Below the pieces are notes generated by a model. That model saw nothing but the letters and a program-made list of their open reading frames with translations, did no database searches and had not been told where the DNA came from. This document shows positions 31,304 through 42,400 of a DNA stretch of 64,000 bases, piece after piece. Within the stretch, counting starts at the first letter, position 1. Each line of letters starts with the position of its first letter. The translations under genes and the position numbers were made by a program. The stretch comes from an uncultured Nitrospinota bacterium (GTDB taxonomy: Bacteria > Tectomicrobia > Entotheonellia > J063 > CAVPRW01): contig CAVPRW010000002.1 of the NCBI GenBank assembly GCA_963707985.1, positions 1 to 64,000 of the forward strand, read 5' to 3'.

Positions 31304-32464
31304 TCAATACGGCCATCGCACGGTGATGCATGTGCCTTGGTCGCGCTCCAGGGCGAGATCGCCGCGGAGCTGTTGTGTCAGCAGAGTGACCAATTGCCAG
31401 CCGAAGCGTGTTGGCTGATGGATGTCGAACCCTGCCGGCACGCCCACCCCGATATCGATGACTCGCAGCATTATCGAGTCCCCAGATACGCGCCGGAGCT
31501 CCATGGTGATCACGCCGGAACGGCCTTTCGGGAAGGCATGAACGACGGCATTGGTGAGCAATTCGTTGAATATCAGCCCGCAAGGCATGGCCTGCGCTAG
31601 CGGCAAGGCGAGGGGCTCGAGGTCCCCCGTGAACGTGATGCGGTTTGTGTCCACGCCAGACGTACGGATGACGGCAGCCCGGATGGCATGGAGATACACG
31701 GCGCCGTCGATGTCCGTCGCAGGGCTGGCCTGCTCTAGAGCCTCATGCAGGAGGGCCAGGACTTTGAGGCGCTGCGCGCTAGAGGCGAAGGGCGCAGCGA
31801 GGTTAGGATCCTGATGCTGGGCCCGTTGGAGGTTGAAAAGGCTCATTGCGAGCTGGAGGGTCGTCTTCATCCGGTGTTGTACGGCCTGGAGGTGCACGTC
31901 ACAGGCGTGTACCTTGGCGCGAAGGTAATTCTCGGTTGCCTGCCTTTCCTCCAGAGTGGCTTGAAGGAACCGATGCGCGTCGACGAGCTCTGCGGTGAGC
32001 TCTGGGAGAGGGCGGTCGAGCCCATGGCGTGTCATCCGAAAGGCGGTGGCGGGGGGCTCACGTCCTATGGGGGCTGTCAGCAGCACCAGCCAAGCAGACT
32101 TTCCCGCCACAGCCAGCGGAGTCCAGGTCTGGTGTACCTCCAAGAAGCCACCATCTTTTCGGCGCAGCCGTCCCATGAGAGCCCGCGTCTGATCGGCAGG
32201 CTCCGAAGGTATAGCGAGGACCATCGCGATGTCCTCAGGCGGGCAGAGGGCAGTCGCCGTGAGGCCTACTATCTCGGCGCGCGTATAGCCGGAATGGCGT
32301 GCCGCAGCGTCATTGACCGCGAGAACCGTAAGGGTTGCAGCGTCGACAACCCACATGGGTACTGGAGACTGCTCGAACACAAGTGGATAGATTGCGCCTG
32401 AGGCAGCAACAGACTCTGGTGCTGGGCGGCGCGGTAGCGAGGATCGTCGTGGTGTTTTCGGCAT
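31304..32464 (-). CDS. PAS sensor histidine kinase (HisKA_2-like)
   Basis: PAS FEQSPVPMWVVD..VNDAA..GY; H-box QHRMKTTLQ; N-box NELLTNAVVHAF; IDIGVG. Confidence 0.85.
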   Translation of the reverse strand: MPKTPRRSSLPRRPAPESVAASGAIYPLVFEQSPVPMWVVDAATLTVLAVNDAAARHSGYTRAEIVGLTATALCPPEDIAMVLAIPSEPADQTRALMGRLRRKDGGFLEVHQTWTPLAVAGKSAWLVLLTAPIGREPPATAFRMTRHGLDRPLPELTAELVDAHRFLQATLEERQATENYLRAKVHACDVHLQAVQHRMKTTLQLAMSLFNLQRAQHQDPNLAAPFASSAQRLKVLALLHEALEQASPATDIDGAVYLHAIRAAVIRTSGVDTNRITFTGDLEPLALPLAQAMPCGLIFNELLTNAVVHAFPKGRSGVITMELRRVSGDSIMLRVIDIGVGVPAGFDIHQPTRFGWQLVTLLTQQLRGDLALERDQGTCITVRWPY

Positions 32465-33545
32465 GCTATTCCCTTCCATGGCGCGCCCATCAGGGGGAGG
32501 GGGCGGCTCTCTCCTATAAGCGTTGCGGTTGAGGGCGAACCCGATGGCGGCCCTGCCGCGCCCAGACGCGCATACCCGTTCGAAGGGCCGAGGAGGCTGG
32601 AGACGTATTCAAGGAGCCGAGCTTGGTGACTAAGGCGCACCAACCAGACAGGCAACCTCACCCCACGGGCGACACAGCCAGGGCGGGTAGGGTAGGATGG
32701 AACCGAGATGGAATTTGAAGGTCTCACGCGGCCACCGCGCTCCGACGCCTAGATCGCCAATTACATTCGGACTAAGGAGATATGAGCATAGCATAGTTCG
32801 CATAGAATAGATATATTCGATTAACAAATAGAACCAATGTGCCTTGTAGCGTAAAGATTTCGCTCCCATCACCGCCGTCCTTGCATGCTTTTCTTGATTG
32901 GTGTCGATCTTACCCTATCATCCTCAACCTTGTCACTCGTCCACCAGGTGAGCAAGGACTCCGGGTGATGGGCATCACACGGTGTGATACTGGCAGGTGG
33001 GTGTTGAAGAAGGAACCGGCCTCATAGCTGATTGTGCTATAATATCGGGCTATATCGAAGCCATGGCCATGCTTCACGACACCCCAAAGGGAACGACATG
33101 CCCGAGAATGAGCCTCTGCATCACGAGCACCAGGCACCAGACCAGGATCGAGAATTCCCAGCCTCGACCCTGACCTCCCCATGCCGCCAGGCGAGGCTTC
33201 TCGCCCGCCACCGCTCAGCCAAACGGCGATGGCTTTCTTGAGGCGGTCGCTAGCACGCCAGCAGCGCCGACGGGCGGCGTTCCGGGGACAATCACTCCGA
33301 GTGTGTGTCGACGGAGAACTCCGTTGGCAGATCGACCCACGAGCCAGCATCAGTGCGGATGCCGGGCCAGGAGCGCTGCAGAATACCGAGCCTTCTGCGG
33401 CGGGGGCCATCTCGCAAGAGCTATCATCCCAGCCTCCGGTGTCGTCGTCTCCGTTGCTACCTGATGCGTCCAAAGACTCGACCCACACTGGCAGCCGTCC
33501 TAGCCATCCCGCTAACTGCGATGTGCAACGGCGCTATGATGATGA

Positions 33546-33574
33546 TTGACGGCAGCGCCAAACACCGATAGAAT
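33546..33574 (+). promoter_or_regulatory. Near-consensus sigma70 promoter
   Basis: TTGACG-17 nt-TAGAAT. Confidence 0.65.
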
Positions 33575-33634
33575 CTACATTATTCGTTACGGATGTGCCG
33601 CTCATATCCTGCCTGACTCATAAGGAGCGCACAC

Positions 33635-33739
33635 ATGAACATCACGGTTACACATGCCTCTTCAAACCCAGTTACTCTGGTGTGCCTCTTTAGTCAAGCT
33701 CGATTCTTACTGAGGCCACAACTTCTCACCCGTGTCTAA
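33635..33739 (+). CDS. Putative 34-aa small ORF (MNITVTHASSNPVTLVCLFSQARFLLRPQLLTRV)
   Basis: RBS TAAGGAG 7 nt before the ATG, directly downstream of the promoter; below the ORF-track cutoff. Confidence 0.35.
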   Translation: MNITVTHASSNPVTLVCLFSQARFLLRPQLLTRV

Positions 33740-33939
33740 TCCTCTCTTGTAGAAAATCGCTGACTGTGACTCCAATGTTCCGGTATCAATCCCTTTGGGT
33801 TCGTGACTCAGCCCACGAATAATTCCGCTACGAACCTGAGCAAGAAGCATGTGGGGAAGATGGATGTGACGGACGCCAGCATCGGGACGCCCGAGCTACA
33901 GTCCGTAGACAAGTGAGGCCTCTAGTTGGAGGAAGGACT

Positions 33940-35592
33940 ATGCTGCACCGCGATGCACCCCTGAAGCTGAGCCGTCGCCAGTTGTTGCAGGCGGGCCTCG
34001 CCTCGGGCGCCGCCTTGTCTACCTGGCCCCTATATCGTTCGGCCGTGCTCTGGGGCCAGGAAGCGACTCCCCCAAAGTATGGAGGCATCCTGCATGCGCG
34101 CGGGTGGGATCCCGTCCACTTTGATCCGCACCTCACGCGCGCCTTCATGACACATACGGCGCTGAGCTTCGTATACAGCAAACTTCTGCGCCACAAAGCC
34201 GGTCCCGACGTGCAGCCGGGGATGTTCATCGTCGAGCCTGATCTGGCCGAACGCTGGGAAGAGCCGGACGACACCACTTATATCTTCCATCTGCGCAAGG
34301 GCGTGAAGTGGCACAACAAGCCGCCTGTCAACGGTCGTGAGTTAGTAGCCGAAGATGTGAAATTCACGTTTGACCGCTTCCTGACCGAGAAGGGTAATCC
34401 GGAGCGGCAATTGCTGGACTCGGTGGACCGGGTAGAGGTGGTGGATCGCTATACGGTCAAGTTCGTCCTCAAAGAACCCTTTGTCTGGCTGCTCGACATC
34501 CTGGCCAACGCTATGTGTATGTGGGTCGTTGCCCCCGAAGTGGCCGAGAAATACGGCGACTTCAAAAAAGTCGAGACTGCCATCGGTACCGGGCCGTTCC
34601 TTCTGGAGCGTTACGAGCCGAACGTGAAGACGGTCTTCAAACGTAATCCGGATTACTTCCGCCACGGTCTGCCGTATATCGACGAGGTGGAATGGTTGGT
34701 CGTACAGGATGAATCGACCGGGCTGGCAATGTTTCGCACAGGGCAACTCGACACCGGTCCAGGAGGGAATTGGCAGGTCCGGCAACCTGATCTGGAGTCG
34801 CTCAAGCAAAGCCATCCCGACCGGCGCTATCAGGACATTCAGATGAATAACGCCACGACGATCTGGATGCGGACCGATAAGACTCCCTTCAACGACGTGC
34901 GCGTGCGACGCGCTATTTCCCACGCGCTCGATCGTCAGGCAACCATCGAGGCGGTCTGGATGAGAGGCTCATTGTCGCCTGCGGTTTCTCCTGGCCTGGC
35001 TGAGTGGTCGCTGCCCATCGATCAACTCGGTGAGGGGGCGAAGTACTACCGCTACGATCCCAAGGAGGCCAAGCGCCTGTTGGCGGAAGCCGGTTATGCC
35101 AAAGGCTTTAAGACGACGCTCACGGCCTCAGGAGGCTACGGCCGCGACCTCATCGATGCGGTACAGATGGTCTTACGCGATCTCAAAGAGGTCGGCATCG
35201 ACGCGGAGTTGAAGCTGCAGGAGTATGGCGCCTATCAAGCGACGACCGGCCAGGGCAAGTTCGAGGGCATGGCCATGGGACCCTACGGCGTCGGCTGGGA
35301 GCCCGATAGTGCCCTGTATGGCCCTTATACGCCGGACCAAGCGCGCAACCGCGGCCATGTCAACGACCCCAAGCTGGCCGCCTTGGTCAAGGAGCAACGG
35401 CAGACCAAGGACCCCGAGGCGCGCAAGCAACTCATCTTCGAGATTCAGCGCTATGCCGCCGAGCAGCAATACTATGTGTACCTGTCTTCGCAAATTATCA
35501 CCAGTTCCTGGCAGTCGTCTCTGAAGAACTATGCACACAACATCACGTTCGACTACGGCAGTCGCATCGCGGTATCGTGGTTGGAGCGCTAG
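33940..35592 (+). CDS. Tat-exported ABC substrate-binding protein, family 5 (paralog group A)
   Basis: SRRQLL Tat motif, DPVHFDPH, EPDLAERWE, LRKGVKWH, IGTGPF, FNDVRVRRAIS, terminal WLER. Confidence 0.93.
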   Translation: MLHRDAPLKLSRRQLLQAGLASGAALSTWPLYRSAVLWGQEATPPKYGGILHARGWDPVHFDPHLTRAFMTHTALSFVYSKLLRHKAGPDVQPGMFIVEPDLAERWEEPDDTTYIFHLRKGVKWHNKPPVNGRELVAEDVKFTFDRFLTEKGNPERQLLDSVDRVEVVDRYTVKFVLKEPFVWLLDILANAMCMWVVAPEVAEKYGDFKKVETAIGTGPFLLERYEPNVKTVFKRNPDYFRHGLPYIDEVEWLVVQDESTGLAMFRTGQLDTGPGGNWQVRQPDLESLKQSHPDRRYQDIQMNNATTIWMRTDKTPFNDVRVRRAISHALDRQATIEAVWMRGSLSPAVSPGLAEWSLPIDQLGEGAKYYRYDPKEAKRLLAEAGYAKGFKTTLTASGGYGRDLIDAVQMVLRDLKEVGIDAELKLQEYGAYQATTGQGKFEGMAMGPYGVGWEPDSALYGPYTPDQARNRGHVNDPKLAALVKEQRQTKDPEARKQLIFEIQRYAAEQQYYVYLSSQIITSSWQSSLKNYAHNITFDYGSRIAVSWLER

Positions 35593-35740
35593 GTCAGCCG
35601 TCAGCGCCTTCGGCTTCCTACAGGTGGCTTGCTCCTTTGGCAAGGCGATGAGCATGTGCACGGCGATCAGCTGCGCTTCGAGATGAGATGGCAGGACGTA
35701 CCGTGAACCTGGCAGGATGAGGAGAGAAGGAGGGGCGATC

Positions 35741-37405
35741 ATGGAGGTCCAGAACATTCAGCCTCGACATGCCCATGATCTGAGTCGCCGTGATCTGCTA
35801 AAAGCCGGCCTGGCCGCCGGCGCGGCCCTATCTACGTGGTCCGCGTATCGTGTGCCCGCACTCTGGGGCGAAGCACCAGAGGCGCCCAAACGTGGGGGGA
35901 TCCTCCGTGTGCGCGGACGGGATCCCGTGCACTTCGATCCCCACCTGACCCGTGACGCCAGGACACATAGCGCCTTGAGCTTCCTGTGCAGCCGGCTCCT
36001 GCGCTACAAAGTTGGAGAGGACGTGCGGCCGGGCACCTTTATCGTCGAGCCCGACCTGGCCGAACGCTGGGAGGAGCCGGATGACACGACCTATGTGTTC
36101 CATCTACGCCAGGGGGTTAAATGGCACCACAAACCGCCCGTCAATGGCCGCGAGTTAGTGGCTGAGGACGTAAAATTCACCTTCGACCGCTTCCGGTCGG
36201 AAAAAGCCAACCCGAGTCGTTACTTCCTGGACTCGGTCGATCGGGTCGAGGTCGTGGATCGCTACACGGTGAAGTTCGTCCTTCAGGAGCCGTTCGTGTG
36301 GCTGCTCGACATCCTGGCCAGCGCCACCTCGATGTGGATCGTGGCCCCAGAAGTGGCTGAGAAATATGGCGACTTCAAGAAAGTCGAGACCGCCATTGGT
36401 ACGGGACCTTTTGTCCTGGAGGGCTACGAGCCCAATGTGAAGACCGTGTTCCGACGCAACCCCGATTACTTCCGTCAGGGGCTGCCATACATCGATGGGG
36501 TCGAGTGGTTGGTCGTGGAGGACGAATCGACCGGGCTGGCGATGTATCGCACGGGGCAGATCGACGCCGGCCCCGGCTTACAGTGGGATGTTCGCCAAGC
36601 GGACTTGGACACGCTCAAGCAGAGCCATCCGAACCTGCGCTATCAAGATATGCTGGCCAATAACGCCATCACAGTCTGGATGCGCACCGACAAGTCCCCC
36701 TTCACCGATGTGCGCGTGCGGCGGGCCATCTCGCACGCCATCGATCGACAGGGGGTCATCGAGGCCGTGTGGATGAAAGGTGAGCTGTCACCCGCGGTCC
36801 CCCGGGGCTTGGCCGAGTGGTCGCTGCCCATCGATCAGCTCGGTGAGGGAGCGAAGTACTATCGATATGATCCGCAGGAGGCCCGACGGTTACTGGCTGA
36901 GGCCGGGTATGCCCAAGGCCTGAAAACAACCCTCATGGCTACCGGGGGCTACGGTCGCGACCTGCTCGATGCGGCGCAGATGGTGCAGCGCTCTCTTAAA
37001 GAGGTTGGCATCGAGGTAGAGTTGAAGATCCAGGAATATGGGGCGTATCAAGCGACGACGGGCCAGGGCAAATTCGAGGGCCTAGCGATGGGTCCGTACG
37101 CCTTGGGCTGGGAAGCGGATAGCTCACTGTATGGACAGTATATGCCCGACCAACTACGCAACCGGGGCCACGTCAACGACTCCAAGCTAGCGGCCATGGT
37201 CAAGGAACAACGGCGCCTGAAAGACCCTGAGGCGCGCAGGAACCTCATCTACGACATTCAGCGGTACGCGGCGGAGCAGCAATACTATGTCTACCTATCC
37301 TCCCAGGTTATCACCGCCTCCTGGCAACCATACGTGAAGAACTTTGCCCCGAACCTGACCGCCGACTTCGGCAGCCGGGCTGCGGCGTTGTGGCTGGATC
37401 GGTAG
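35741..37405 (+). CDS. Tat-exported ABC substrate-binding protein, family 5 (group A, tandem paralog)
   Basis: SRRDLL Tat motif; colinear with and highly similar to 33940..35592. Confidence 0.93.
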   Translation: MEVQNIQPRHAHDLSRRDLLKAGLAAGAALSTWSAYRVPALWGEAPEAPKRGGILRVRGRDPVHFDPHLTRDARTHSALSFLCSRLLRYKVGEDVRPGTFIVEPDLAERWEEPDDTTYVFHLRQGVKWHHKPPVNGRELVAEDVKFTFDRFRSEKANPSRYFLDSVDRVEVVDRYTVKFVLQEPFVWLLDILASATSMWIVAPEVAEKYGDFKKVETAIGTGPFVLEGYEPNVKTVFRRNPDYFRQGLPYIDGVEWLVVEDESTGLAMYRTGQIDAGPGLQWDVRQADLDTLKQSHPNLRYQDMLANNAITVWMRTDKSPFTDVRVRRAISHAIDRQGVIEAVWMKGELSPAVPRGLAEWSLPIDQLGEGAKYYRYDPQEARRLLAEAGYAQGLKTTLMATGGYGRDLLDAAQMVQRSLKEVGIEVELKIQEYGAYQATTGQGKFEGLAMGPYALGWEADSSLYGQYMPDQLRNRGHVNDSKLAAMVKEQRRLKDPEARRNLIYDIQRYAAEQQYYVYLSSQVITASWQPYVKNFAPNLTADFGSRAAALWLDR

Positions 37406-37587
37406 GTGCAACGCCTGTCCCACGGCTCTCCTTGTGGGCCAGGCGGCCCAACAGTGGAGGATCCACTCAGGGCCACCGACGTGTAGACCATAGGAATCTT
37501 CAGCTTGATCGGTTATGGTAGGCGGACTACCATCGCAGCATCAGAAGTTACCTGCCTTGAGCCAGCTGGCTGAGAGGAGCCCCCGAG

Positions 37588-37782
37588 ATGCAGTGCCCGC
37601 TTTGCCAGGCCAACAACCGCGAAGGGCGCCGATTCTGCGCGGAGTGCGGCGCGTCGCTGGCCCTCCCCTGCTCTGCTTGCGGGTTCCCGAATGAGCCGGG
37701 GAAAAAGTTCTGCAGCGGTTGCGGCATGCCCCTGACCTCAGAGGCTGTCCGAAAAGTAACATCTAATAAATCAGATGGTTAG
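37588..37782 (+). CDS. Isolated double zinc-ribbon (DZR), likely the 5' remnant of a cyclase/AAA/TPR gene
   Basis: CPLC..N....FCAECG...CSACG..N....FCSGCG then an early stop; RBS GAGGAG. Confidence 0.7.
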   Translation: MQCPLCQANNREGRRFCAECGASLALPCSACGFPNEPGKKFCSGCGMPLTSEAVRKVTSNKSDG

Positions 37783-37980
37783 TCATTGCCAAAAGCATGA
37801 CGCTAGACCGACTATCCAGTAATTCCGTTTTTAAGCTTGCCCAGGACGTGGCACAAGATGTTGTCTTTCAAAGACTTTGTGTCCGGACAGCCTCTCAGTC
37901 CGTCGAACTTCAGAGCCGAGGCTGAGTTCCCCTCCGTCCTACTGGCCGAAACACTTGGCCGCCCGCAAGGAGCTTACGGT

Positions 37981-39402
37981 ATGACAGCACCCAGAGTTAT
38001 GACGCACGAACTGTCGCTGCTGGAAGACCTCCGTTACGCGGTCCATGGCTTGTGCGCGCCCTTCGTGTGCGGGGGAACGCTGGTGCCCGACCAGCCCCTC
38101 ACCCTCTACTTCCAAGACAACACCCAGCTCCCGGTGCTACGTGCGCCGAGGGTCTTCGAACAAGAGCAGCTCCTGCAGCCGCTGGTTGAGCGCTGCACCC
38201 CAGCACCCTTCGGCAAGGGGCGTCAGACCCGCTACGACCGCAATGTCCGTAACGCCCTCCAGCTCAAGGCCGAGGGCGGCGCCTTCTCCGTCCTGAACTT
38301 CGACCCACAAGCGGCGGGCATGCTCGAGCAGATCCGCCGCCAGCTCGTGCCGCAGGACCCGACCCCACTCACCGCGGAGCTGTACAACCTCAACATCTAC
38401 GCGAGGGACGGCCACTTCGCGCCCCACAAGGACACCCCACGCGGCAGCGACATGCTCGGTACTCTCGTCGTCTGCCTGCCCTCGCAGTTTTCCAACGGCG
38501 CGCTTGTAGTCAAGCACCAGGGCGTCTTCCAGACCTTCGACTGGGGGGAAGCCATCCGGCAGCAGGCCGAGCCGACGCGCCTCCACTGGGCCGCCTTCTT
38601 CGGTGACGTCGAGCATCAGATCGAGCAGGTCTGGGGCGGCCTCCGCGTCACCGTGACCTATCTGCTCAGGCGCGGCACCGGGAGCGCACCCTTGCCGGTC
38701 GTCGCCCCCGAGGCGCTGCCTACCCTGGTGCAGGACAAGCTGCGCGCCCTGCTCGCTGATCGCCGCTTTCTGCCCAGGGGAGGGACGCTCGCCTTCCCCT
38801 GCTCCCACCTCTATCACCAGGACGCTCGCTTCCAGCGCCAGCAGCGGCCACTCTCCCGGCAGACAGTGTCTGCCCTCAAGGGTCGGGATTACCTCGTCGC
38901 GGCGGCCGTGCTGGCCGAGGGATTGGAGGTCACCTTCTACCCCTACCTGATCGAGACCTGTGCCGACGAGACCTGGCAGCTCGCGCGCTTTCCCACCCCG
39001 CGCGAGCAGGCGGCGTTGGGCGAGCAGATGGACCCGACAGACCTCGAGGAGGCGCTGACCATCCGGGCAAGCTCCGAGGAGGCAGGAGACTTTGGTCTCA
39101 CCTGGGTGGAACCACCACCCCATTTCAATGGACCGCCCACCATGTACCCTGAGGCGGCAGCAGGCAGGGCCCATACGCAGGACCCAGATCTTCCGGCTCT
39201 GGCGCACCTGCATGCGTGCGAGTACAGCGCCACCGGCTACTTCGGGAACGAAGGCAGCGACGTTGACTTCTACATCTACGGGGCGCTGCATGTGAAGATC
39301 CCGCCGTATGGCACAGGGTCTCGCGTCGTGGGCAAGGTCGAGTCACCTCGGGCGCCCTCGTCAGCCCCTCGCAAACGATCGGCGCGCAAGGAACGCGGGT
39401 GA
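37981..39402 (+). CDS. 2OG-Fe(II) oxygenase superfamily protein with C-terminal extension
   Basis: LYNLNIY...HFAPHKDTPRG (HxD), GTLVVCLP..FSNGAL, EHQIEQVWGGLRVTVTY (distal His and 2OG-binding Arg). Confidence 0.85.
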   Translation: MTAPRVMTHELSLLEDLRYAVHGLCAPFVCGGTLVPDQPLTLYFQDNTQLPVLRAPRVFEQEQLLQPLVERCTPAPFGKGRQTRYDRNVRNALQLKAEGGAFSVLNFDPQAAGMLEQIRRQLVPQDPTPLTAELYNLNIYARDGHFAPHKDTPRGSDMLGTLVVCLPSQFSNGALVVKHQGVFQTFDWGEAIRQQAEPTRLHWAAFFGDVEHQIEQVWGGLRVTVTYLLRRGTGSAPLPVVAPEALPTLVQDKLRALLADRRFLPRGGTLAFPCSHLYHQDARFQRQQRPLSRQTVSALKGRDYLVAAAVLAEGLEVTFYPYLIETCADETWQLARFPTPREQAALGEQMDPTDLEEALTIRASSEEAGDFGLTWVEPPPHFNGPPTMYPEAAAGRAHTQDPDLPALAHLHACEYSATGYFGNEGSDVDFYIYGALHVKIPPYGTGSRVVGKVESPRAPSSAPRKRSARKERG

Positions 39403-39427
39403 GCCATCGGCAGAGGGAGGGTTGGCG

Positions 39428-42400
39428 ATGACCTTTGAGGAGATCCTCGACCAGGCGATGGCCATGCTCCAGCGTCGCGGACGCCTGACCTACAGCACCC
39501 TCAAGCGGCAGTTCCAACTCGATGACGCGGCCCTGGAAGATTTGAAGAACGAGCTCATCTACGGCCAACGCCTGGCGGTGGATGAAGAGGAACGCGTGCT
39601 GGTCTGGAGAGGGGAACCGCTGTCAGCCCCACCCCCCACTCCCGCGCCGCCCCCGGCACCGCCAGCGAGCCGGCACGCGTGCCCCTGGCCTACACCCCGG
39701 CGCACCTCGCCGAGAAGATTCTTATCTCCCGGAGCGCTCTCGAAGGCGAACGCAAGCAGGTCACGGTGCTGTTTGCGGACCTGAAGGGGTCCATGGAGCT
39801 GCTGGCCGATCGCGACCCCGAGGAGGCCCGACAGCTGCTGGACCCGGTCCTGGAGCGCATGATCGAGGCCGTGCACCGCTACGAGGGCACCGTCAACCAG
39901 GTGATGGGGGATGGCATTATGGCCCTCTTCGGCGCGCCCATTGCCCATGAAGATCATGCCGTGCGCGCCTGCTACGCGGCGCTGCGCATGCAGGAGACCG
40001 TGACCCGCTACGGCGACGAGATGCAGCGCTCCCATGGGGTGCCGGTGCAGATCCGCGTCGGGCTCAATGCCGGGGAAGTGGTGGTGCGGGCGATCGACAG
40101 CAGCCTGCACATGGACTACACGGCGGTGGGCCAGACCACCCACCTGGCGGCGCGTATGGAGCAGATGGCCAAGCCGGGCTCGGTGCTCACCACGGGGGAG
40201 ACCCTGCGGCTGGCCGAAGGGTTCGTCCAGGTCAAAGCGCTGGGCCCCGTCGCGGTCAAGGGGCTGGTGGACCCCGTGGAGGTGTTCGAGCTGGTCGGTG
40301 CCGCCTCCACCCGGACGCGCCTGCAGGCGTTTGCGGCCCGCGGGCTCACCCGTTTCGTCGGGCGGCAGGCGGAGCTCGAGGCCTTGCGCCAGGCCCTGGA
40401 GCGCGCCGGCACCAGCCACGGCCAGGTCGTGGCGGTCATTGGGGAGCCCGGGGTGGGCAAGACCCGCCTGGTCTACGAGTTCACCCGCTCCCATCACACC
40501 CACGACTGGCTCGTGCTCGAAAGCAGCTCAGTCTCCTACGGCAAGGCCACCGCCTACCTCCCCGTGCGCGACCTCCTCAAGGCCTACTTCCAGATCGACG
40601 ACCGCGACGACGGGCGCAAGATCCGCGAGAAGCTCACCGGCAAGCTCCTCACCCTGGATGCGGCCCTCGGGCCGACCCTGCCGGCCTTCCTCGCGCTCCT
40701 GGACGTGCCGGTGGAGGATCCGGCACTGGCAGGACCTCGATCCCTCGCAACGCCGCCAGCGCACCATCGAGGCCATCAAGCGCCTGCTGCTGCGCGAGAG
40801 CCAGGTGCAGCCGCTGCTCCTGGTCTTCGAGAACCTGCACTGGATCGACGCCGAGACCCAGGCGGTCCTCGACAGCCTGATCGACAGCCTGCCCACCGCC
40901 CGCCTGCTCCTGCTGGTCAACTACCGCCCCGAGTACCAGCACGGCTGGGGCAGCAAGACCTACTACACGCAACTCCGGCTCGACCCCTTGCCCACCGCGA
41001 GCGCCGAGGAACTGCTGCAGGCCCTGCTGGGGGACGACCCCAGCCTGGTGCCACTCAAGCGGCTCTTGATCGAGCGCACCGAGGGCAACCCCTTTTTCCT
41101 GGAGGAGAGCGTCCGGGCCCTGGTGGAAACCGGGGTGCTGGTCGGCGAGCGCGGCGCCTATCGCCTGGCAAAGCCCCTCGAGAGCCTGCAGGTCCCCGCC
41201 ACGGTGCAGGCGGTCCTGGCGGCCCGCATCGACCGCCTGCCGCCCGAGGAGAAGCGTCTCCTCCAGACCGCGGCGGTCATCGGCACCGAGGTGCCCTTCG
41301 CCCTCCTGCAGGCCATCGCGGAGCTGTCCGAGGAGGAGCTGCGCCGCGGTCTCGGCCACCTGCAGGCCGCCGAGTTCCTCTACGAAACCAGCCTCTTCCC
41401 CGAGCTCGAATACACCTTCAAGCACGCCCTCACCCACGAGGTGGCCTACGGCAGTCTCCTGCAGGAGCGGCGCCGGACCCTGCACGCCCGCATCGTCGCA
41501 GCCATCGAACGGCTCTCTGCCGACCGGCTGCCCGAGCAGGCGGAACGGCTGGCCCAGCATGCCTTCCGGGGCGAGGTCTGGGACAAGGCCGTGGCGTACG
41601 GTCGGCAGGCCGGTACCAGGGCGCAGACGCGTTCGGCCCTGCGAGAGGCTGTGGCGTGCTTCGAGCAGGCCCTGGCAGCCCTCACGCATCTCCCGGAGAG
41701 CCGCGCCACGCAGGAGCAGGCCATCGACCTCCGGTTCGACCTGCGAAATGCGCTCTGGGCACTCGGAGAATTCGGGCAGATGCTCGACTACCTGCGCGAG
41801 GCTGCAACCCTCGCCGAGGCCCTCGACGACCAGCCGCGGCTGGGGCGGGTCGCCGTCTATATGTGCCGATATTTCAGGGAGATGGGGGACCATGACAGCG
41901 CAGTCGAGTCCGGCCAGCACGCCCTCGCCGTGGCTGAGACGCTCGGAGATTTCGCCCTGCAGGTCATGGCGAATCACTACCTGGGTGTGGCCTACCATAC
42001 TCTGGGCGACTATCGTCGGGCGATGGGGTTCCTGAGGAAAAATGTGGAGTCTCTTGCAGGTGATCTGCTCCGTGAGCGCTTCGGCACTGACCGGCCTGCC
42101 TGCCGTGAACTCCCGTGCCTGGTTAGCCCGGTGCCTTGCCGAGCTGGGAGCGTTCCCCGAGGGGATCGCCCATGGAGAAGAAGCGGTCCGGATCGCCGAG
42201 GCGGTCGATCACCCAAACAGCCTGATCCATGCGTATCTCGGTGTCGGTTTTCTCTCCCTCCGCACAGGGGGACCTCTCCAGGGCCATCCCCGTGCTCGAA
42301 CGCTGCCTTGAGCTCTGCCGGGTTTATAACATCCTGCTCTGGTTCCCCGAGACCGCCTCGGCCCTGGGCTGTGCGTATGCCTGTGCCGGCCGTGTCGCCG

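Noticed and set aside
33181..33549. ORF with RQQRRRAAFRGQSLRVCVDGELRWQIDP
   Set aside because: Possibly a gene fragment, but there is no clear start, RBS or family assignment, so it is not called as a feature.
38137..41998. Long antisense ORFs (38137..39291, 39559..40503, 40649..41998)
   Set aside because: Shadow ORFs opposite well-supported genes in high-GC DNA.
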